NCBI GenBank assembly: GCA_050633305.1
Contig: JBOEGF010000018.1
Span: 608,001 to 672,000, forward strand
Source: Nannocystales bacterium
GTDB lineage: Bacteria > Myxococcota_A > Polyangia > Nannocystales > Nannocystaceae
Direction: 5' to 3'
DNA length: 64,000 nt
Part shown: one piece after another, positions 58,648 to 64,000 of the stretch
How the letters are laid out: every line of letters begins with the position of its first letter
Position numbering within the stretch: the first letter of the stretch is position 1
The notes under the pieces: generated by a model
The model's database searches: none
What the model saw: the letters and a program-made list of their open reading frames with translations, nothing else
What the model was told of the DNA's origin: nothing
Position numbers and translations under genes: made by a program

Positions 58648-59316
58648 ATGAAGCCTTGGGAGACGCTCGATTCCGCAACGGCCCCTGATGGTGAGGCGCT
58701 GGATCTTCGGCGTCGTGGCCACGAGTTTCTGATCCGAGCTGGAGGCTACGACTTGATGTCGAGCGAGGACGACGGTTCGTCCAAGGCGCTCTCTTCGCTG
58801 GGCATCGGAGCGCTTGGACGTCCCGCAAAACACGTGTTGGTCGGCGGCCTGGGCATGGGCTTCACCCTTCGCGAGGCGCTGGACCGCGTCGGCCCCGAGG
58901 CCACTGTGGAGGTCGCTGAACTGGTGGAGGCGGTGGTTCGTTGGAACGAGGGTCCGCTCGCTGATGTGGCCGGCCGGCCTCTGGACGACCCGCGGGCTCG
59001 TGTCTTTCAGGGGGATGTCGGCGGGCGCATCCGAAACCCACCGCAGCGCTACGATGCGATCCTGCTCGATGTCGACAACGGTCCGGACGCCCTGGCCCAC
59101 GAAAGCAACCAGTCGATCTACTCGGCAGGAGGCCTCGACGCGGCGTACGGGGCGTTGACTCCTGGTGGGGTACTTGGCGTGTGGTCGTTCTCCGATGACC
59201 GTAAGTTCACCGGCCGTTGCAAGCGGGCCGGTTTCGCGACCCAAGTGGAGAAGGTTCCAGCGTCTCGAAAGGGCCGCGGCCGGTTTCACTACATCTGGCT
59301 TGCGAAGCGGCGGTGA
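58648..59316 (+). CDS. Spermidine-synthase-like SAM-binding protein
   Basis: LMSS, VLVGGLGMGFTL, DAILLDVDNGP, GVWS. Confidence 0.85.
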   Translation: MKPWETLDSATAPDGEALDLRRRGHEFLIRAGGYDLMSSEDDGSSKALSSLGIGALGRPAKHVLVGGLGMGFTLREALDRVGPEATVEVAELVEAVVRWNEGPLADVAGRPLDDPRARVFQGDVGGRIRNPPQRYDAILLDVDNGPDALAHESNQSIYSAGGLDAAYGALTPGGVLGVWSFSDDRKFTGRCKRAGFATQVEKVPASRKGRGRFHYIWLAKRR

Positions 59317-59382
59317 CGCTGGGTTGCATTCCAGCATCGGTGCCACCGGACGCGTTTGACCCCGTGCTCTAATGCGCGGGTG

Positions 59383-62094
59383 ATGATGGGAGCTGCTCGA
59401 TGGGCCGCGTTGGTGATGGTCTTGTTCTGCGGCGCACTTTGGGGCTGCGGGACCGACGAATTCGCGACCCCGCTCAGTCCGGGGCTTCGTACCCTCGATC
59501 AAGGGCTGCTCCTGCACTGGACCTTCGAGGACCGCTCTGGAGACCAGATTCTCGACGTTTCCGGTCATGGACGGCATGGGACGTTGGTCGGCGGGAGCAC
59601 GTTTGTCGCTACCGAGCACGGGGAGGCGGTGGTGCTCGACGGGGTCGACGACGTCATCTCCTTCGCAGGTCCACGCGCGCCATCCTTCTATGGAGGCAGC
59701 CACGGGGCGGTGACGATCAGCGCTCGCGTTCGGGTGAACGACGTCGCCCAGTACAACACGCTGTGTGTCGGGTGTGGACCGGTGCGGTCCTTGTTCGTGG
59801 GAACCCAGTCGTTCGGCCCCCGGGTGCAAGCCGCGATTCGTGATGAGCAAGGCGGAGGCGTGCGCTGGCACCAATCGACCGACGCACTCGCCGACGACGC
59901 GTGGGTGCAAGCGACCGTGATCATCGAGGGCGGCGTAGGCTCCCGGATCTATTTGGACTGCGCACTTGATGCAGAGGTGGTCGACCCCGATGTTGTGCTG
60001 GACGATTTCGGCTACTCCTCGGTCGGCGAGGGCACGTTCCCGCATATGTGGTTCGAGGGCGCGATCGACGAGTTTCGGATCTGGGATCGAGCGTTGGTGG
60101 ACGATGAGATCGAGGCCCTATGTCCGAGCGTCGCCCCGCCGGACGGGCTCGAGTTGCACTGGACGTTCGAGGACCGCGATGACACGCAGGTGCTGGATCT
60201 CTCCGGAAACGAGCGGCACGGGACGCTTCAAGGGGGCCCGGTGTTTGTCGAGGGGCCGGTCGGGGACGCGATCCATTTCGACGGAGCGGACGACTTCATC
60301 AGCTTCCTCGGTCCGCGGTCGACCGACCTGTATGGGGGCGTGCAGGGGGCCTTCACGCTCAGCGCGCGAGTTCGGCTGAGCGACGCGAGCAAGTACAACA
60401 CTCTGTGCTTCGGATGCGGGCCGTTTCGATCGTTGTTCGTGGGCACGGCACCGTACGGAGCGCGGGTGATGGGGACTCTGTTCGACCAAGGCTCGGGTGG
60501 GGTTGTGTGGCCGTGGAGTACGCCAGCGCTGGTCGAGGACGCTTGGACCGAGGTCACGATGGTCGTCGAAGGCGGGGTCGGGACTCGGATCTACCTCGGT
60601 TGCGAACTAGACTCGAGCGTTCCCGACGCCGACGTCGGGCTTCGGGATTATGGGTACTCCTCGGTCGGGCAGGGCGGCGCACCGGGGCAGTGGTTCGAGG
60701 GGGACCTCGACGAGCTCCGGGTGTGGAGCCGGGCGCTCTCCGATGAGGACGTCGCCGCCCTTTGCCCCTCGGAGCCGACCGACCCTCTTGCGCAAGGCCT
60801 CGAGCTGCACTGGTCGTTCGAGGACCGGGTGGGCAGCACCATCGAGGACCTCTCGGGCAACGGCCGGACGGGCACGATGGTGGGTGGGACGTTCGTTTCC
60901 AGTCCCCATGGTGAAGCGGCGAGCCTGGACGGCGTCGACGACAGCGTCTCCTTCGTGGGGCCACGGGATGTGGAGCTGTTCGGAGGGGACAGCGGCGACT
61001 TCACGATGAGCGCGCAGGTGCGCGTCTGGGATGTGCAGCGATTCAACACGCTGTGTTTCGGTTGCGGTCCGATGGCCAGCGTCTTCGTTGGTGACAACAG
61101 TGGCAACAACAGCATCTACGACACCGGGAACTACGCCCAGGCGACCCTGTGGGGAACCTTCGCAGGTGGCATGGGCGGGGGGTTCTTCCATCGACCGCGG
61201 ACTTCGCTGGTCATCGACGATGGACAGTGGTTCGAGCTCACCGTCTCGGTGGAGGGAGGCGTAGGCGCGCGGATCTACATCAACGGCGTATTGATGGGCG
61301 AGTTGCTCGACCCGGATATCCAGCTTCACGACCCGGGTTTTTCCTCGCTCGGACGAGGTGCTTCGTCGGCCCGATGGTTTGGTGGAGAGGTGGACGAACT
61401 GCGGATCTGGAGCCGAGCTCTGTCCCAAGAGGACGTCGCAAACTTCGGCGCAGGGATGCCGTTCCTCCATCTCGGGTTGCTCGCGAAGTGGGACTTCGCG
61501 TACCACCTCGGCGACTACATCTTCGACCGCTCGGGCAACAACCGAGCCGCCTACCTCGAAGGCGCCACGTTGGTCCCGTCACCCCATGGTGAGGCGGCCC
61601 AGTTCGACGGCATGGACGACTCCCTGTCGTTCTCGGGCCTGCGTGACCCCGAGCTGTACGGAGGTGAAAACGGCTCCTTCTCCGTGAGCACCCGGCTGCG
61701 GGTCGCAGACGCCGACGCCGCGAACACGGTGTGCTTTGGCTGCGGCCCCTTCAACGCGTTGTCGGTTGGCAACCTGGGCGCGGGTGGCTTGGCGTGGGCC
61801 CGTCTGTTCGACGAGACGAGCCCCTCCTTCCTTTGGCCCTCGACAGCCTCATCCATCGCCGACGACACATGGGTCGAGGTCACCTTGACGGTCGACGCGA
61901 CCTTCGGCGCCCGTTTCTACGTCGACTGCCAGCTCGATGGGGAGCTGCTCGATCCTGCGATCGGCCTGCACGACTACGGGTACTCGAGCTTCGGCGAGGG
62001 GGGCGGCGACAACTGGCTTGAAGGTGAGGTCGAGATGTTCCGGATCTGGAATCGGGTGCTGACCCCCGCCGAAATCTCCGCGTTGTGTCAGTAG
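59383..62094 (+). CDS. Lipoprotein with four tandem LamG-like jellyroll domains
   Basis: LWG-C lipobox; four ~215-aa repeats from HWTFED/KWDF to G.IDE.RIW.RAL. Confidence 0.88.
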   Translation: MMGAARWAALVMVLFCGALWGCGTDEFATPLSPGLRTLDQGLLLHWTFEDRSGDQILDVSGHGRHGTLVGGSTFVATEHGEAVVLDGVDDVISFAGPRAPSFYGGSHGAVTISARVRVNDVAQYNTLCVGCGPVRSLFVGTQSFGPRVQAAIRDEQGGGVRWHQSTDALADDAWVQATVIIEGGVGSRIYLDCALDAEVVDPDVVLDDFGYSSVGEGTFPHMWFEGAIDEFRIWDRALVDDEIEALCPSVAPPDGLELHWTFEDRDDTQVLDLSGNERHGTLQGGPVFVEGPVGDAIHFDGADDFISFLGPRSTDLYGGVQGAFTLSARVRLSDASKYNTLCFGCGPFRSLFVGTAPYGARVMGTLFDQGSGGVVWPWSTPALVEDAWTEVTMVVEGGVGTRIYLGCELDSSVPDADVGLRDYGYSSVGQGGAPGQWFEGDLDELRVWSRALSDEDVAALCPSEPTDPLAQGLELHWSFEDRVGSTIEDLSGNGRTGTMVGGTFVSSPHGEAASLDGVDDSVSFVGPRDVELFGGDSGDFTMSAQVRVWDVQRFNTLCFGCGPMASVFVGDNSGNNSIYDTGNYAQATLWGTFAGGMGGGFFHRPRTSLVIDDGQWFELTVSVEGGVGARIYINGVLMGELLDPDIQLHDPGFSSLGRGASSARWFGGEVDELRIWSRALSQEDVANFGAGMPFLHLGLLAKWDFAYHLGDYIFDRSGNNRAAYLEGATLVPSPHGEAAQFDGMDDSLSFSGLRDPELYGGENGSFSVSTRLRVADADAANTVCFGCGPFNALSVGNLGAGGLAWARLFDETSPSFLWPSTASSIADDTWVEVTLTVDATFGARFYVDCQLDGELLDPAIGLHDYGYSSFGEGGGDNWLEGEVEMFRIWNRVLTPAEISALCQ

Positions 62095-62129
62095 CCCGAA
62101 AACGGGTGGAGAGCGTCGCGTCCGCCCGC

Positions 62130-63665
62130 TCAGGCTTCGTACAGAACGTCGAGGTACGCCGCGAGGATGTCACCAACCGCAGTGCGGACGGGCATCTTGT
62201 TGGCGAGCCCGTATACGGGAGCCATCCCGCCCTTGTCCTTTGGCTGTCGACGCGCCTCTTCGACGGACTCGGCGAGGTCGGCGAGGAACCGCTGCGCGAC
62301 GCCGGGCTGGGTGTGACGCAACGTGACGCACAGGTGAACGCTGGGAGGCTTGTGAAGCCCATTGAGGTTCCAGCGTCGATGCCCCATCAAGTCGAGCACC
62401 CGGTAGATGTCGACCTCGTCGGAGGCGAACGCGACGACCCACAGCGGGTCTCCCATGATCTTCAGCCCCCGAATCTGACGGATCCCATGTTTGATGGCGT
62501 CGGCGGTTTCCAGGATCTGGCGGGTGGATTCGGTGTAGCCGGCTTCACCCATCGAAACCATCGACGCCCAACACGCGGCACTGAGCGCGCCTGAACGACT
62601 GCCCGCGAACGTCGGCGATGCGTACAATCCTCCGGGCCAGTCGGTCGCGCGAAAGAACTGGTGCCGCCGGAGTTCTTTGGACCGGTAGAGGACCACCGAT
62701 GTGCCCTTCGCGGCGTACCCATACTTGTGGGTGTCGGCGGACATCGAGGTGACGCCACGTAGGCGGAAGTCAAACGGGGGGACCGAGTATCCCAAGCGTT
62801 CGGCGAAGGGCAGGATGAACCCTCCGAGGCAGGCGTCGGTGTGAAACCCAACCCCGCGGTCGTACGCGACCTCGCTCAGTTCAGCGATCGGGTCGATACA
62901 TCCGTGGGGGAATGCGGGGGCGGACCCGACGACCGCGATCGTGTTGCGGCCCACGGCTGCGCGGGCGTCTGCGACCAATGCTCGGGTGTCTTCTCCGACC
63001 GGGATCTTGATCGGCTTGATCCTGAACGACTCGCACGCCTTGTCGAACGCCGCGTGGGCCGTGACCGGCATGACGAGGTTGGGGGATGTCACCCCGCGGT
63101 CGGCCTGCGCCTGATCGCGGTAGGTCTTGATGGCGAGCATGATGCTCTCGGTTCCCCCGGAGGTCACGGTTCCGCAGACTTCGTCAGAGGCACGGGTGAC
63201 CTTGTCCGCGCCTAGCATTTGTGCCGTCATGGCGACGATCTCCCCCTCGTACTTGGAGACCCGCGGCCAGAGGTCCGCGTGCAGCGGGTTGGTCTGGGAG
63301 TTGAGCGCGTAGACCTGATCGAGGAACGCGGTGTGCTCCGCATCCCCGTGATAGACGGCCCCCGATACAAACCCGTCTTCCCACCGATCGTCCTCGCGCG
63401 CCTTGAGTGTACGCATCTCGTCCAGCACCGATGCGTGAGAGCGGCCTTCGTCCGGCAGCTTCACGTGTCGCGGGACGTCGTCTCGGTACGGACGCATCGA
63501 GGTCCGCATGTCGTCGAGCACCTTTTCGTATTCAGCCTCGATGCGGTTACGGAGCACCGGAAACCGCTTCGCGACCTTGAACAGCTTCTCCAGCGCGCGC
63601 TCACCAGCGCGGCGAATCGGGGGGGGGACAGCTTGGGTGACGAGGTCGGGTAGATCGAAGTCCAT
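62130..63665 (-). CDS. Sphingosine-1-phosphate lyase-like PLP-dependent enzyme (group II decarboxylase fold)
   Basis: [52 protein letters not shown]. Confidence 0.88.
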   Translation of the reverse strand: MDFDLPDLVTQAVPPPIRRAGERALEKLFKVAKRFPVLRNRIEAEYEKVLDDMRTSMRPYRDDVPRHVKLPDEGRSHASVLDEMRTLKAREDDRWEDGFVSGAVYHGDAEHTAFLDQVYALNSQTNPLHADLWPRVSKYEGEIVAMTAQMLGADKVTRASDEVCGTVTSGGTESIMLAIKTYRDQAQADRGVTSPNLVMPVTAHAAFDKACESFRIKPIKIPVGEDTRALVADARAAVGRNTIAVVGSAPAFPHGCIDPIAELSEVAYDRGVGFHTDACLGGFILPFAERLGYSVPPFDFRLRGVTSMSADTHKYGYAAKGTSVVLYRSKELRRHQFFRATDWPGGLYASPTFAGSRSGALSAACWASMVSMGEAGYTESTRQILETADAIKHGIRQIRGLKIMGDPLWVVAFASDEVDIYRVLDLMGHRRWNLNGLHKPPSVHLCVTLRHTQPGVAQRFLADLAESVEEARRQPKDKGGMAPVYGLANKMPVRTAVGDILAAYLDVLYEA

Positions 63666-63673
63666 CGGGAGCC

Positions 63674-64000
63674 CTAGGGATGATTGAGGCGGCGGAAGAA
63701 GCTCTTCGAGCTCTTGTAGTGGTCCAGGAAAGCCCCGAAGAGGGCGTCGTAGCGATCGCGGTAGACCGGGCGGGGTTCGAACGTGCGGACGACATCGATC
63801 CGGTCGTGGATCTCGTCGGTCTCAAGCGCGCCCAAGGCGAGCGCCCCGATCATCGCGGCACCCAGGGCATTGACGGAGACGGGGTCTCGGACCTGCTCGA
63901 TCGGACGACCGAGGACGTCGGCATGGATCTGACACCACAGGTCCGACTTCCCACCGCCCCCCACCACGCGGAGGCTCGGGAGTGGATTCCCGACGAAGCG
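63674..64000 (-). CDS. FGGY-family carbohydrate kinase (xylulokinase-like), 3' end only
   Basis: [30 protein letters not shown] runs off the window edge. Confidence 0.85.
   Translation of the reverse strand, partial: RFVGNPLPSLRVVGGGGKSDLWCQIHADVLGRPIEQVRDPVSVNALGAAMIGALALGALETDEIHDRIDVVRTFEPRPVYRDRYDALFGAFLDHYKSSKSFFRRLNHP

Noticed and set aside
8144..60045. Long antisense or alternate-frame ORFs such as 8144-9916(-), 29622-31340(-), 39481-41205(+), 51033-52745(+) and 57487-60045(-)
   Set aside because: They shadow well-supported genes, are Arg/Gly/Val-rich without motifs, and are expected in high-GC DNA.
59500..62090. Long DNA repeats as a mobile element or array
   Set aside because: They are in-frame LamG domain repeats within one CDS.
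1..64000. rRNA, tRNA, CRISPR arrays, transposases, integrases, riboswitches
   Set aside because: None recognised by eye; a covariance-model search would be needed to exclude small RNAs.

Overview
High-GC bacterial DNA whose gene content points to a myxobacterium, probably Nannocystaceae-like (inference): many lipoproteins, MYXO-CTERM-like tails, DUF1592/DUF1552 pairs and TPR/Gly-rich proteins. There are about 50 CDS, and I found no rRNA, tRNA, CRISPR array or mobile element. Main blocks: (i) 3.5-10.0 kb, an NDP-sugar dehydratase and GT-C-like membrane protein beside an intact HxsC-like radical SAM enzyme, an N-truncated radical SAM paralog, two paralogous exported proteins of unknown fold and a lipoprotein pyroglutamyl peptidase; (ii) 17.2-24.1 kb, a tightly coupled mcp(NIT)-STAS-cheA-cheW-cheR-cheB operon with no cheY; (iii) 29.7-32.8 kb, an intact DUF1592/DUF1552 pair, with a collapsed chimeric relic of a second pair at 15.7-17.0 kb; (iv) 37.9-39.7 kb, an ECF sigma factor flanked by an anti-sigma-like protein and a lipoprotein that appear to share one extracytoplasmic domain, with a decayed third copy at 12.2-12.6 kb; (v) 39.8-46.0 kb, lipid/polyester hydrolases, a TetR gene and a beta-barrel pseudogene; (vi) 53-64 kb, M1 peptidase/DUF6702, a Tat-lipoprotein NAD(P) enzyme facing an NTT/TLC-like transporter, a 4xLamG lipoprotein, a sphingosine-1-phosphate-lyase-like enzyme and a partial FGGY kinase. 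All family calls come from motif reading and manual alignment; no database searches were run, and several start codons were moved by eye from the ORF track.
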